A stretch of DNA of 64,000 nucleotides from Azolla caroliniana (GCA_043228905.1 JBHGNT010000009.1:6944001-7008000), one strand, 5' to 3'. Shown: positions 1-13,439, counted from the stretch's first letter. Numbers and translations are program-made. The notes: a model not told the origin generated them from the sequence alone.

Positions 1-2799
1 TACATAGAGGAGAACTTGGCAAGCGGGTTCATCTGTCATTCGAAATCTCCGGCCGGTGCACCCATCTTCTTTGTCAAGAAGAAAGATGGCTCACTTCGTC
101 TCGTCGTTGATTACCGCGGATTGAATAAGGTCACCATCCGGAATAGGTATGCACTTCCTCTTATATCAAGTCTTTTAGAACGAGTTAATGGTGCCAAGTT
201 TTTTACCAAAATCGATCTACGAGGAGCGTATAACCTCGTGCGGATCCGACCGGGAGATGAATGGAAGACCGCCTTTCGCACGCGGTATGGGCATTTCGAG
301 TATACTGTTATGCCGTTCGGCCTAACCAATGCACCCGCAGTCTTCCAACACATGGCAAATGATATATTCAGAGACCTCTTGGATATCTGTTTGATCATCT
401 ATCTTGATGATCTATTGATTTATTCGAAGACCCAACAAGAGCACGATTCTGATGTACTATTAGTACTAAAGCGACTCCGCGAGAATGGTCTTTATGCCAA
501 GCTAGAAAAATGTAGCTTTGACTGCAAGCAAGTGGAATTTCTAGGCTACGTCATCTCCTCAAAGGGCATCGCCATGGATCTAGCTAAAGTCCAAACTGTA
601 CTAGAGTGGCAAATTCCACGGTCGGTACGAGATGTACAATGTTTTCTAGGTTTTGCTAACTTCTACCGTAAGTTTATACAGGATTACTCGAAGATTATCC
701 TACCCCTCACATAACTTACGAAGAAGGGCCAAGCATTTCTTTGGTCCATTGAAGCAGATATGGCTTTTCGGCATCTTAAGAAAGCCTTTACATCAACACC
801 GATTCTAGCTCATGTGGATACTAGCAAACCATTCATCATGGAGGCCGATGCTTCAGATTTCGCCCTCGGTAGCATCCTTTCTCAACAAGGAGATAAAGAA
901 GAGTTGCATCCGGTGGCTTTCCATTCACGCAAATTCGATGTTGCGGAAATCAACTAAGAAATACATGACAAGGGTTATTAGCCATCGTGGATTCATTTGT
1001 GCAATGGCGGCATTTCTTAGAGGGCTCTCCACATCAGGTCGTTGTCTTTAGTGATCATAAAAATCTTGCTTATTTCTAGAACGCTCGCGTACTAAATCGA
1101 CGACAAGCTTGGTGGGCGCAATTCCTCACGCGTTTCGACTTCAAAATCACATATCGACCGGGGAAGCAACAATTCCTCACGTGTTCATATCTTGCACCTC
1201 GTCCTGGTGATCCAACATTTGATAATCAAAAGCAAGTAATCTTGGGACCAACACGATTGCACACGACGCGGATTTTTCACACCCCGTTGGATTCACGAAT
1301 TACATTTGACATACGTGCAAACTTGAAGAGGGATAGTTTTGCTCAAGACATCCTGGTGCACATTGATACTTCTCGGGCATCCTGTTCTCAGTCTCAACAA
1401 CCAGGTATTGACTACCGACAATTCGAATATCATGATGGTTTGTTATTCTTTAAAAAGCGCGTATATGTCCCCGATTGCTCCTGTCGCCTTCAAATCGTCC
1501 AGCATTGTCACAACACCCATACGGCGGGACATTTCGGTAGTACAAAGACGTTGGAGCTAGTGCAACGATCTTTTTGGTGGCCCCACATGCGCCGTTTTGT
1601 CGACGACTACGTTCGGACCTGTGATGCTTGCTGCCGAGCAAAGATGCCACGACACCATCTATATGGCTTGTTGGAACCCTTTACCGATTCCAAGTAAGCC
1701 GTGGCAGTCTATTTGTCTTGATTTTATCATAGATCTGCCGGTCTCGCAGGGGTTCGATGCTATCTTAACCATCGTCGATCGATATATGAAGATGACACAT
1801 TTTGTTCCGTGTACTAAGGCCATCACTAGCGAGGAAACCGCCGCCCCAGTCATGCGTGAGGTATTTCGGCATCATGGCCTCCCAGACAGTATCATCAGTG
1901 ACCGAGGACCGCAATTTGTTTCCAAATTTTGGCAGCATCTCTTCAAGATTCTCAAGGTCTCTTGCAACCTCTCCTCCGACTACCATCCTCAGACCGATGG
2001 GCACGCAGAACGAACAAACCAAATGTTGGAGCAATATCTCCGGTGTTTCCTGAGTTATCAACAGGACGATTGGGCCGAGATTCTCCACTTTGTAGAGTTT
2101 GCGTATAATAATGTTGTTCACTCCTCGACTCGAGTCTCCCCATTCTACGCTTATACCGGTTCTCATCCTCGCTGGTCGTTGATCGACACCCCTGAGCTAC
2201 CTACCAATCCTCGTGCCGGGAATCATTTGGAGAGACTACGCAAGATCCAGACAGATCTCTCGACTTATCTTCGTCATGCTCAACAAGCATAGAAGACTTA
2301 CACGGATCGTCATCGGCTTCCCTCCTCTTTTGCCATCGGAGATCGAGTATGGCTCTTACGTTGTCACATCAAGACTACTCGACCGTGTGACAAGTTGGAT
2401 TATCGACGACTCGGTCCTTTCCGTATTACGGGTAAAGTTAATGATGTCACATTCCGCCTTGATCTCCCTCCACAGCTTCAGATACATCTGGTTTTCTATT
2501 GTTCTCTTCTTGAACCTTATAAAGCAAACACCATTCCCGATCATGTTACACCACCGCCGCCCCCGTTGGAGTTGGACGCCGGCCCGGAGTATGAAGTTGC
2601 GGCCATCCCCGATCCCAAACTTATTCGCAACAAACTTTATTATTTGGTCGATTGGCTTGGTTATAGTCCGAGCGAACACACTTGGGAACCCGTGGAGCAT
2701 GTTGCCAATGCTCAGGATCTGCTTGCTGATTTTCACCGAAAGTATCCGGACAAACCCGGTCCGCAGTCAGCGCCGACTTGTTCCACTTGTCGTCTTTAA
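1..2799 (+). pseudogene. Disrupted pol (RT, RNase H, integrase, chromodomain) of the chromovirus
   Basis: ORF pieces 16-714, 760-957, 1242-1697, 1597-2292 and 2395-2799 in canonical domain order, separated by stops and frameshifts. Confidence 0.92.
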
Positions 2800-2810
2800 G
2801 GGGGAGATAG

Positions 2811-3231
2811 TGTCATGATATGGCAAGACTCGAACCCATGACCTTATGGTATATGAGTCGAGCTCTTAACCATCACACCATCTATTGTAATTCATAGGAT
2901 ATTATTTTCATTTATGTTTTATTATAAGAAAGTAATGTATATTCCAGATTTCTCTAGAACATTCTAGAAGTTTCAGGATTACTCCTAACAACACTATAAA
3001 AGAAGGCACTAGGCATTATGTTGAACCAAATTGGTTCAACACCAGTCTTAAGCCTCTCAGCCACTTTGTACTTATCTTTTCACATAATATATTAGCTGTT
3101 GTCATCATCTTTCTCTCTCTCCTCTTCTCACTTCCTCTCTCGAGAATCTTACGCAGTTCCGTCCTCTTAGTGCTAATAGTACTACTCTTCTTAGTACTAA
3201 TTCCATCTCTGCTTTAGTACTATTCCTGACA
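2811..3231 (+). repeat. 3' LTR of the chromovirus (421 bp)
   Basis: Directly follows the PPT; terminal inverted TGTCA/TGACA; TATA-like CTATAAAA near 2994. Confidence 0.85.
2821..2881 (-). other. Degenerate tRNA-like (Pol III A-box/B-box) sequence at the start of the LTR
   Basis: Minus strand reads TGGTGTGATGG (A-box-like) ... CTCATAT (CAT anticodon-like loop) ... GGTTCGAGTC (B-box). Stems pair poorly, so it is not a functional tRNA. Confidence 0.5.
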
Positions 3232-3939
3232 GATGCACGGTTAGGTGAGGGCGGATGTCGTGAAGAAAACCGTCCCCAGGTGCAAACCGTGTATAACGTG
3301 TGTGAACCGGCCTTTGCACGTGGGCATGCCCCTTGTTGTATAGTAGATAGGTAGGCACAAAGGTCAAACCCTAGGTAGCAATATTCTATAGGGGAAATCG
3401 AGGAGTATCTCTGTCCAAAAAGGACAGAGAATTAATGTGATGTAAACGGGTGAAACAACCTCCCTCCTTGAGCTATAAAAGAGAGGGAGACGGGGAGAGA
3501 AGGGGGCGTGTTAGAGGGGACGAAGTGTTGTCGGACTGGGACCGAGCTCTTCTTCTCTGTCGTTCTCCATAACTTTCTTTTGCGCAGGTTCTCAGGAGGC
3601 TGATTCTGCTCCGTGGAACGCCCGTGTGCTTCCGGCAGAATCTCCATCTTGCTCCCCTGCGTGCGTGGGTGATCAGGCGCCGACATCCATCTCGCCAACC
3701 TGATCGGCTGTAACCGTTCGAATCGCCTGCATACATACTAATACATACACATATTTATATACATACGCTAGTGTTCTCGACTCGTGTGTCCTGTGTTGTT
3801 GGGCCGCGTCCCCGTGCGCTTCTTTGTCTATACGTGTGTGAGCGTCTCTCTCTCTCTCTCCCTTTTCTCACCTATTCCTCGGTCCAAGACCCCAGTGGTC
3901 CTGCCTTGTTCTCCACACACGCGCGTAACAAACGCGACA
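3232..3939 (+). mobile_element. 3' end (PPT plus LTR 3256-3939) of a fungal-like Gypsy (family B), interrupted by the chromovirus
   Basis: Clearly similar to the reverse complement of 59391-60065 (GGATGTYGTGAAGAAAACCGTCCC...CGCGACA); LTR ends TGTCG...CGACA. Confidence 0.85.
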
Positions 3940-4632
3940 ACGCTCTAGAATATCCTCCGGAAGATCGTCAAGGAAAACCGAACGGATTCGGATACCAAGC
4001 TACATAGCGCGCTTTGGGCATACCAGACGGCATTTAAAACGAGCATCCGAACAACACCGTTCCGGTTAGCGTTCGGACTAGAGGTGGTCATGCCGGTGGA
4101 ATTCCAAGTACCAAGCTTACGGATCTAGCTACGGGAACGGCTGAACGAGAAGGAGTCGGAGGCAATACGGTTAACAACGCTGTGTGAACTCGACGAACAA
4201 CGATTGGCAAACATCCTGCACTTAGAATTGGAACAACGGCGACGGAAAGCATTTGTCGACCGACAGAGGAAAGGAAATGAAAAAATGTTCGCAATCGGCA
4301 AGCCGGTGTTAGTATTTCAGACCTAGATGGGCAAGATGTTGGGAAAACTACGGTTTAGATGGACCAGCCGATATTGGTTGACACGTGAGTATAATGGGTC
4401 CTACCAGTTAGGGACACTTGCCGGCGAAGTGCTAGGCCAATGGGTCAACGGATTCCAATTGAAGCCATATAGAGGACCGATGCCTAAGAACCCATTTGAA
4501 CAAAGGACCGACACCGGTGAGGAAACGGCAACCTGTGAGCGGAACAACAACCACCAAGAAGGAGGAGATGGCAAGCCGGTAACAGGGGAGAATGAGGCCG
4601 GTAAGGGTCTGATAGGAGCAACGGACAACTAA
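3940..4632 (+). pseudogene. Integrase C-terminal part of a non-chromovirus (Athila/Tat-like) Gypsy (family C)
   Basis: Translates to ...LHSALWAYQTAFKTSIRTTPFRLAFGLEVVMPVEFQVPSL... and a GPY/F-type tail GKLRFRWT...VNGFQLKPY. Confidence 0.85.
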
Positions 4633-4785
4633 CCTCACACCACATTAAAAGTTGTTAAAAAAAAAAAAAAAGCGAAGTAATCATGCAGAAGCGAGGTATG
4701 AATGGATGAAAGAGCGAGGAGCGAAAAGGTACGAAGTGGGCATTTAAGCGCCACCACATGACATAATGCTATTTTAGTACACGAC

Positions 4786-7255
4786 GTGCACACACTCGAA
4801 AAAGGCGCCAGAATGCACAGAGAAAAACCACTGCGCGTGGAGACCCTCTACTTTCGCGAACCCAGGAGCACAGAAGCACCAAGGCGCTGCAAGATCATCA
4901 GACGAGAACGTACGCACAGAGAACCCCCGCCTTCTGAACTCTCTCTCTCTCAATCTCACTCTCATCACCATCCAACCTCGCCACCGCAATCCGACCTTGA
5001 CACAGACATGGACCCGCAAACACTGTCGGAAGCCACCAAGACATGGCTAAAGCAACACGGGCTCGAGGGCTTCTTGATGATGATGGAGGTACCGCCACAC
5101 AAAGAAGCCGACAAGGTGATCAAAGAAATCGACACAGAGGTCATAACGATGGAGGCAATTCGAGCATTAACAGGCCTTCCGGAGGGTGGCATACTCACGA
5201 TTGACAATCCGACCTCGGAGCAACTCATCAAGTATTTTGGTGAGTACTCCCTAGCCAGCAAGGGCTACCGGACACAGGGCGGCGGAGATATGCTGTTCCG
5301 CGAGATTGCTCGTGTGCTCCACGAATACGACCATGTGTACCCTAGACCCCCTGTCATGCTGCAAAACCGGGCAGGGATGATCATCGCCACCTATGAAGGG
5401 ATCAAGGTGGATTGGCTGGTATTGATCGCAGACGGTTTGTGTGCGGCGATCGAGATCGTCAGAGGCAAAGACCGCAAAGAAGGCCGAGACGGACGGAGGA
5501 TATGGCACGCCGTAATGCAATGGCTCACCTTACTTGTGCCACCCGTCCAGCCCGTCCAGCCCAAGAAGTGGGGAAGAGTGGCGGACGGCACCCCAAAGAC
5601 GGCTTCCAAAAGACAACAGATGTTGGCCTCTAAGGCCACTAAGGGGAAGGCAGCGGACGCAGAACAGGCGGGAAAGGAGAGCGCCAGCCGGAAGCGGCCA
5701 ACGGAGGCGCAAGAGGAACCACCGGAACGACCCGTAAAGGTTACACTCCGCCGACCGGTGAATACAGAAACGGACCCCTTGGCGGCAAAACTCAATGTTG
5801 GGACTCAGGAAGAAGAAATAGAGGAGGAGCCTACGGAGCACCTCTAGCGACGGTCGTTGGCAAGGACCGTTGAGGCAGCCGGGAAACGTTCGGACCCTCA
5901 GACGGAGGGAACACCGGCGCCCCATACTGAGACTCACACGCCAAGGGAGGAACCGGAACCGGTGCGGATAGCACCGGAATCAGAAACCCCTACACCACCG
6001 GCAACACCGGCAAGTCCCATCCCGCCAGAGCCGGAAAGGTCAATGCAGCCTCCCTCGGCCAACCAAGAAGAAGCGCAAGGGGAACCAAGACAGCAGGGTG
6101 GTCCACGGGCAGAAACAGAATTGCAACTCGGCGCAATCAGGCTGGACCACCCATCTACAAGCGAGCCCATCTGTCAAACCTCCGTGCAAGCACAACAACA
6201 ATGCACCGGTAGCCTGTGGCTCCGGTGGATAGCCGAATAGATTGCCGGAGCAGTGGGGTATATTGAGGCGGAAGAAAGAGCGCAAAGCAAACGGTTGCTC
6301 GTCATAACCAAACAACTAGAGACGGCCTGTTCTAGAATTCGGTGCCTTGAAAAAAACTTGGATCAGGTCACGACAGAGATGGCCAAAATGGCCTTAACGG
6401 CAACACAGATCCAATCACCGGTGACTCCGGTAAGTGTACAGAATAAAGGAACAGAGCAACTTGTACATACCAATAAGACCCCGACAACGGAAACCGTTCC
6501 GGTGAGAGATGCAGAGCAAGCCTAGGAGCTTGCGGAATTGAGAGATGAACGGGAATTGAAGACAACGGCCGAGGCCGAATTAAAGAAGACTGCTGAGAAC
6601 CTCCACCGGGTAGAGGAGAGCCTCCGGAAAGGCCATCAAGCGTACGACCGGCTAAGGGAGGAAAAAGACAAAGTGCTGCAGGAAAAGGACAAGCTGCGGA
6701 AGACGGCGGAAACAGAAATTGAACAGCTAAAGGAAGAGCTCCGCCAGCAGAAGGACCGCGAGGACCGAGCTCGTCGACAGATCAATGCACGGTTCAAGCA
6801 AACGACAGATGATTTTGAGCACCTACACCGGGACTACAAACGGCTGGAAACGGAGCATAAGGAACGGATGGCCAAGCTCCAGCAGGAAGTTGATCGGGCC
6901 GCGACGGCGATCGCCGACGAATGTGCAGAAAATACAAGACGGTTGGACGAGGCGGAGAAGGTCCGGATAGAGCTCTAGAGGCAGCAGCAGGAAGAAAAGG
7001 AGAGAGCGTCAACGATATTGCAAAAATTACAAAGCACATATCAAAGGCAATTGACGCATTACAAGGAGCAGGCGGAAGACAACGTCAAAATCATCAAGCA
7101 ACTGAAGGAGGAACGACAAGCGGCGGAAATCAAATTGCAATTAGGAACGAGCCGGATTCAGTGCATCCTCCGGGCATGGCTGAATCAGACAAAACGCTTG
7201 ATTGACGAAAGCTCCGTAAGATGGTGGACAAAGTGGGCACAAAATGCGGCGGAAG
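4786..7255 (+). pseudogene. Extra 3' ORF of Gypsy family C (globular N-terminus, Pro/Glu-rich linker, long coiled coil)
   Basis: ORFs 4786, 5857, 6253, 6538 and 7018 are all in one frame, broken only by four TAG codons. ITMEAIRALTGLPEGG resembles extra ORFs of plant OTA-type Gypsy elements; the C-terminus is E/K/R/Q heptad-rich. Confidence 0.7.
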
Positions 7256-10200
7256 GTGCTGAAAATGGTCCTCCTCCTGGCTATAGACGGCGAAATCGTC
7301 AAGTAAAACCTGCATAAAAGCCGGGATATATTCAACAAAGATTTCCATGATGATTCGTTGAAATGTTGCCGGTGCAGTTTTGAGTCCGAACATCATCACC
7401 ACGGCCACAAACACCCCCCATTCGGTGACGAAAGCCGTTTTCTCTTGGTCATCGGGGTGCATCCGGATCTGATTATACCCGCTGAATCCATCTAGAAAGC
7501 TATCGACCTCATGGCCGGCGACGGCATCCAACACTCCATCTGTGGACGGAAGTGGAAACGCATCCGTTACCGTAGCCGCATTGAGTTTCCGGTAGTCCAC
7601 ACAAACTCGAATTTTTCCGTTCTTCTTCGGTACGACTACGATCGGGCTCAGCCATGTCGCTTTCTTTAGCAGTTTGTCGATTTCTTCCTTGACTTTGGCG
7701 GCATAATTGCGATTCATCCGGTACCGTCTTTGCGCCACTGGTTTTGCGTCCTTGCTCAAGGGGACCTAACGCTGGTATAACTGAGGGTCGAGTCCTCGCA
7801 TGTCTTCGTATGACCAGGCGAACACATTGCGAGATTCCGTGAGAAGTGTGATCATCGCCGTTTTGTCTTCGGACTTCATCTCCTTGGCGATGTGCACCGG
7901 TTTTGCTTCGTCCGTGGTCCCTAGGTTCACCTCTTCAAGTTGCGACGCTTTTACGCGCTGTGAAACGGCCATTTCCCGTTCCAACGCTTCCTGCGCATGC
8001 CGTAACTCCCGGATTGCGTCTTTATCTAGTTCTGTTTTAGCCTCTTCCAACTGCGGTAAGTATGGTGCTACTGCTTCGGCAATGTCAATTTCGAAGAGGG
8101 GTATGATCTTCGGGTTTTCCTGCAAGTACTGAGCTTCTTCTTCGTCAGTTAACCCTTCTAGCATGTTGACGCACTCTGCATACAACGGTGTACATTCCTT
8201 GCCAGTGCTCGTCCTTGTCTGTGTTGGTACTCGTACCTTGGCTTTTCCTCGCCGGAAGGTAATTATATTTTTCCTCCAATTCTGTTTGATATGTCCCGTT
8301 TTCAACAACGGCTGCCCCAACAATAGCGGGCATGCGCCTTGTGCCTGTAATTGTAGCACTACTGCCGAGATATGAAATGTATGACCGCCCACAGTGACTT
8401 CTAATTTCCGTATTAATCCTGTCGGCCGCACTGAGCTTGTATCGGCCATCCGTAACCAGAATGGACACGGCTCCCACTTGTGGATTCCCAGGGCATCACA
8501 CGTCCAGAGGCTTGTTACATTCACCCCGGAGCCTCCGTCTATAACTGTGCCGGGGAGTTCTTTCCCTTTTACAATGGTGGTGATAACCGGACTGTTGGTG
8601 TCCACCACCGTTGGTCCTCCTCCGGGTTCGAGAAGAGTACTGGTGCCGGTGATGATTCTCCTGCCGTCATGGCCGTCTTCAGTCCTTCCGTGAATCTTGG
8701 CACGAGTTGTAGGAGTCTTCCTAGTGGCAGCGTAATTTGGCATTCTTGCAATGCTAGCCATGTCTCGTTCTCGGAGTGACTGCCATCGGCAAGCCCTACG
8801 GTATTCTCCTTTTGCCGTTGTAAGTCTGTGACATTTTGCTCGTTTGCTTTTTTCACCCATTCCGTAGCTTGCTTCCAGATGGTCTCCTGCGTCTCCCATT
8901 CTTTCGCCATGCCCTTCGACCTTGTGGTCACCTGCTGCAGATCTGCCACTTCAGGGACTACCATATTTACTGTCGGTCGTTTGTCATAGCTCTTCGCCGG
9001 GCATTGATTACTATAATGGCCTTCCTGTCGGCAGTAGTAGCAGTAGGCTTTCCGGATATTGCTGGATTCGGCATTGTCTATTGTACCCGAGGTCAGTCCT
9101 GTGGTAAGCGCGAGGTTTTGGGCCGGTTGGATGCTCGAAACTCCTTGTTCCGGATCCCGTGGGTAGCCTCCTATTTTGAAATGCCGTTTTTTGTTATAGT
9201 TCTTCTTATTGCGGTACTCTTGGCGAGGTTGGTCGTTATATCTGCCGTATTCCTCCCGTTGCTGACGATACCCGGGGGAGTGCTCCCGGTCGTAATGTTC
9301 GTATCTTCTATTGTAATCCCGATACCGATCATATCTATCATGCCGGTCGTAGTTATCCCGCCGATCACCGTATCAGACATCATTCTCCCGTCGATCGCCA
9401 TACCGGACATCCTGTGCCGGTCGGTCGCGGTCCATTCGCCGCCAACGATCCTCTTCTTCATCCCGGCTACTGCGTGGCTCTATTTGTCGGATGAGCGGTG
9501 CTTGCCGGTTCAATAGATTATACTCGCACCTATCCGTCGTATGGCCCTTGGATTGACATATTACACATTGTGTCCTCATAGTGCATTCTATTGCCGAGTG
9601 TCCGGAATTCAAGCAGGTTGTGCACTGTATTGCTCGCCGAAACCGGAGGTCTTTATCGGACGGTAACGCCCGTTGGAGTGCTCCTAGTGTGAGCCAGGAG
9701 CTTGTCTTTTCCATCTCTCTCACCCGGTCAATGACCTGGTCGATGATACTTGTGCGGAAGTCAATTATCGTGCACACCGTGCGTAGGGGTTCCCGGAGCG
9801 CATTCAGAAATATAGTCCGTAATTCCTCCTCCAGGGGTGCACGGGCAAGCTGACTATGCATCCGTTGAAACTGGATGACAAACTGGGGAATGCTCTCCCC
9901 TGCCTCCTGTCGGATGGTATAAAATAAGCCCACCATTACGGTCTGGTTCACCTCCTTTTGGAAAAAATGCAAGAATTTAGCTTTTAAATCTGCGAAGGTG
10001 GTGATGGTAGATGGGTCCTGCGTCCGGCGCCATCTCGCTGCCGGTTCCTCCAATGTGACGCCAAATTCTGCTATCTTAGAGCGTTCCTCTTCTTCCGGGG
10101 TCAATCGCTGGGACACATGGTTTGCTTCCCATGTCTGTTCAAAGGCGTGAACATGAGCTTCCGCATCCGGATCATCTCTATACTTGGAGTACTGGAACGG

Positions 10201-11281
10201 CATGTCGTCGTTCGGTATTGGTGCGCGGGCTGGCGGTGTTGATGGTCGTTCCTGGTTTTTCTTCGACGTCGGTGGGCTTTCCTGATTTGTTTCCGGCGTC
10301 GGCGGTCTTTCCTCTTCTTTTGGTGACGGAGGCCTCTCCTCCTTGACTTCCGGTGTCGAAGGTCGCTCTTCCTCTGCTGGTTCCGGAGGTTCCAGCCTTA
10401 GCAATTCCGATTCCAGTGTCGGTAAGGTGTCCGATCCTTCGTCGTCCGGTCCACCCGGGGTTTCGTTGCTGCTACGGTAGTTCGTGTGCACGCTGTATTC
10501 CCCTTCGGAATCCGATTCATACGCTGAAAAAGCTTCTGCTTCGCCTTCTCCGTTTGCCAACGCCTGGAGAAGGGATTCGGTTTCTCAGAGGTTGCTTAGG
10601 TTGCTGCCGTCGTCCGGGTGCGATGTTTGCTGTAACCAAAGGGAGTCCTCTGCTACTCTCCGGATTACGTTGGAAAATGAGCGATCCGCTCTAATTTCCT
10701 GCACCGCTTGTTGGAAAGCCTCACGTCTCCTTTGCCTTTCGGCAAGGCGTCGAGTTCGATCTGTAACCAGGTCGTGCGTTGATCTAGTCATCCATCCGTG
10801 CCGTCGTTCGCTACAAAAGCAGGAATCGTGGTCGCCAAAAACTGTGCTAACTCTTAGGGCCGGACAATGGCCTAACATAGGGTGTCTACGGAAGACACTT
10901 CACCAAAGGGTGTTACGGCAACGGAATTAGACTCAACGATTAATATGACTTAATTAAGTTACTTAGCAAGATCGTCCTTAATATTCACACGCGTAAGATA
11001 TAACAAGGAATGCGGAATGACAATTAACACAGAGAGATAACAATACTAAGCTTTATTAATTAACCGTTGTTCATTACATTATATCCGGGCCTTTAAATAG
11101 GTTTCCGGTCTGTATTACAAAACGGTGCCATCCGCACCTGTTCGGGATCGGTCCGGATCCGGAACGACATACCGATTCCGGTCCATCCGTCCACACTCAC
11201 AGCTTACTTACAACCATTCCTACTAATTAAATAACTCCCCGTTTCACACTCTGGACTCCTTTGCCGGCCGGGCCGGTAACA
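7250..11281 (-). mobile_element. 5' half of a non-chromovirus Gypsy (5' LTR, PBS, gag, protease, RT), truncated in RT
   Basis: LTR 10843-11281 (TGTTAC...GCACA on minus); PBS TGGCGACCAC 10828-10837; gag with three CX2CX4HX4C knuckles (CTTCLNSGHSAIEC, CVICQSKGHTTDRC, CYYCRQEGHYSNQC); protease VIDGGSGVN; RT FLDGFSGYNQI...LLDD. Confidence 0.9.
10828..10837 (-). promoter_or_regulatory. Primer binding site (probably tRNA-Arg)
   Basis: TGGCGACCAC, 5 nt after the LTR end, complementary to a tRNA 3' end ...GUGGUCGCCA. The tRNA identity is from memory. Confidence 0.65.
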
Positions 11282-11289
11282 ATTCACAT

Positions 11290-13350
11290 CTTACAGAACC
11301 AGAGACTACGACTATGTGAAGATGGGAAATGATGGGGCATGCACAATTGTTGGTATTGGAAATGTGTGTTTGCTAACATCTACATGTTGTAGATTAATGT
11401 TGCATGATGTACACACCATGTTTCAGATATAAGATTGAATCTGATATCGGCCGGACAACTAGATGATGAAGGCTACAATGGTGCTTTTCAAAAGGGCACA
11501 TGTAAATTCTATAGAGGAAGTCTGATTGTAGCTCATACCCAAAAACAAAACACATTATATGTAATGCATGCACAACTGTGCCGAGGAGAGGCAAATGTAA
11601 TGGCCGTCACAACTGGTGAGTTGTGGCACAAGAGTCTTGGCCATATGAGCTAAAGAGGGATGCAAATGCTGGTTGAAAAGGATCTCTTCCCGGAGGTGAA
11701 AGATATGCCTCTTGAAAATTTGTTGATTGCCCGGTTGGCAAGAAAAACAGGGATGCCTTCCACCCTAGGCCTTAAATTAAAAGGAAAAATGCTTTGGAAC
11801 GGGTGCATACATATGTATGCTATGTGGATGCCAAGTCACATGCTAGTGCACAATATTTTGTGACCTTAATTGATGACTACAACAGGAAGTTGTGGGCTTT
11901 TGTGCTGAGAACTAAAGACCAAGTGTTGTCGGTCTTTAAGGAGTTCCAACCTAGAGCTGAAAGAGAGTTTGGACAAAAGTTGTAGGCTATTCAAACAGAT
12001 AACGAGGGTGAATATAGAATTCAGTTTGAGGAGTAGTGCCGATGCCAAGGCATAAAGATTAAGTACACAACACCTAAAACCCTTGAGTTGAATGGCAAGG
12101 CTAAAAGGACGATCAAAACAATCATGGAAAGGGTAAGAAGCATGTTGTCACATGCGAAGTTGGCAAAGACATCCTGGGCTGAGACGATGATGACGAGTAT
12201 TTACCTTATAAACAAGTCTCCCTCAATGTCACTTAATGGTGATATCCCACAAAGGGTGTGAACAGGTAAAAATGTGTCTTTCCAACAACTGAGGGTATTC
12301 GGATGCATGGCTTATGCACATGTGGCAAAGGATCAAAGATCAAAGCTTGATAACAAATCCAAGCCATGTATTTTCTAAGGGTACTGTGAAGATGAATTCG
12401 GTTATAGATTATGGGATCTAGTGGACAGAAAAGTGATAAGAACCTGGGATATAGTCTTTATGGAGGACAAGATTGTTAAGGACTGGGAACATAAACAACC
12501 AGGGTCGTCCTCCTAGCCAGCTACAACTACTCATTCGGCATTTGACGACTCCACCTTTACCTAGTCGACAATAGACAGTAGCCAGTTGATGAAGCTGAAT
12601 TTGAATCGGCAAAGACAACTGAATTCTAGCCAGCCGACAGAAGTCAACTGATGAATGTACATGTATAGCCAACCAAGAGGCAACAACCGGCTAATGCAAC
12701 CTAAGCCGATTAAGATGAAGAGCAGACATAAGGAGCCAAACTAGAGATCGCTATTGAAGCAAGACGATACCCCCTGAGACAAAGAAGAGCCCCTACTGGT
12801 ATCCAACCAAAGAATATGTTCTACTGATTGATGAAGGTGACCCGGAATGCTTTGAAGAAGCAATGTCTGATGAACATAAGGGGTGGTATAGTGCCATGAA
12901 AGATGAAATGGATTCCTTGCATGAGAACCACACCTATGAGCATATGGAGTTGCCAAAGGGAAAGAAGGCACTATGAAATAAGTGGGTCTTCAAACTGAAA
13001 CCTAGAGAAAATGGGAATCCACCTAGATACAAAGCTCGCATAGTGGTGACGGGCTTCCAACAAAAAAAAGGTGTAGATTTTGATGAGATATTGGCCCCAG
13101 TAGTTAAAATGACATCCATCCGAATAGTGCTAAGCATTGCAAGCAATATGAATTTGGAAATAGAACATGGTAATTTAAAAGAAGTAGAGATCTACATGTA
13201 ACAACCTAAAGGATTTGAGGAAAAAGACAAGGAGAACCTTGTGTGTCAGTTGAGGAAGAGCTTGTATGGGTTGAAACAAGCCTCTCGGCAGTGGTATAAA
13301 AAGTTTGAGTCCTTCATGGTAAATCATGGTTTCCTCAAAACACAATATGA
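11290..13350 (+). pseudogene. Decayed Ty1/Copia pol (protease end, integrase, RT start)
   Basis: NLISAGQLDDEGY, ELWHKSLGHMS, YFVTLIDDY, VVKMTSIR and LYGLKQASRQWY motifs with many stops. Confidence 0.85.
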
Positions 13351-13439
13351 TAGAAACGATTTTCTAGTTCTCCTATAATTGTATTTTGATTCGGCATGAG
13401 GTGAATTGCACTTTATGAGTCACAATATAGGGTCAGATT

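Larger units (their letters stand above)
1..3231 (+). mobile_element. Ty3/Gypsy chromovirus (Tcn1-like), 3' part: RT-RNaseH-integrase-chromodomain, PPT and 3' LTR
   Basis: Pol fragments with YLDD (RT), EADASDFALG (RNase H), HHCC and SDRGPQF (integrase), and chromodomain YEVAAI...YYLVDWLGYSPSEHTWEP. PPT AAGGGGGAGATAG at 2798-2810. LTR 2811-3231 bounded by TGTCA...TGACA. Confidence 0.93.

Noticed and set aside
4786-7255. Programmed amber readthrough or recoding, since all four stops are TAG
   Set aside because: More simply explained by CAG-to-TAG deamination in methylated TE DNA; similar stops occur in the other elements.
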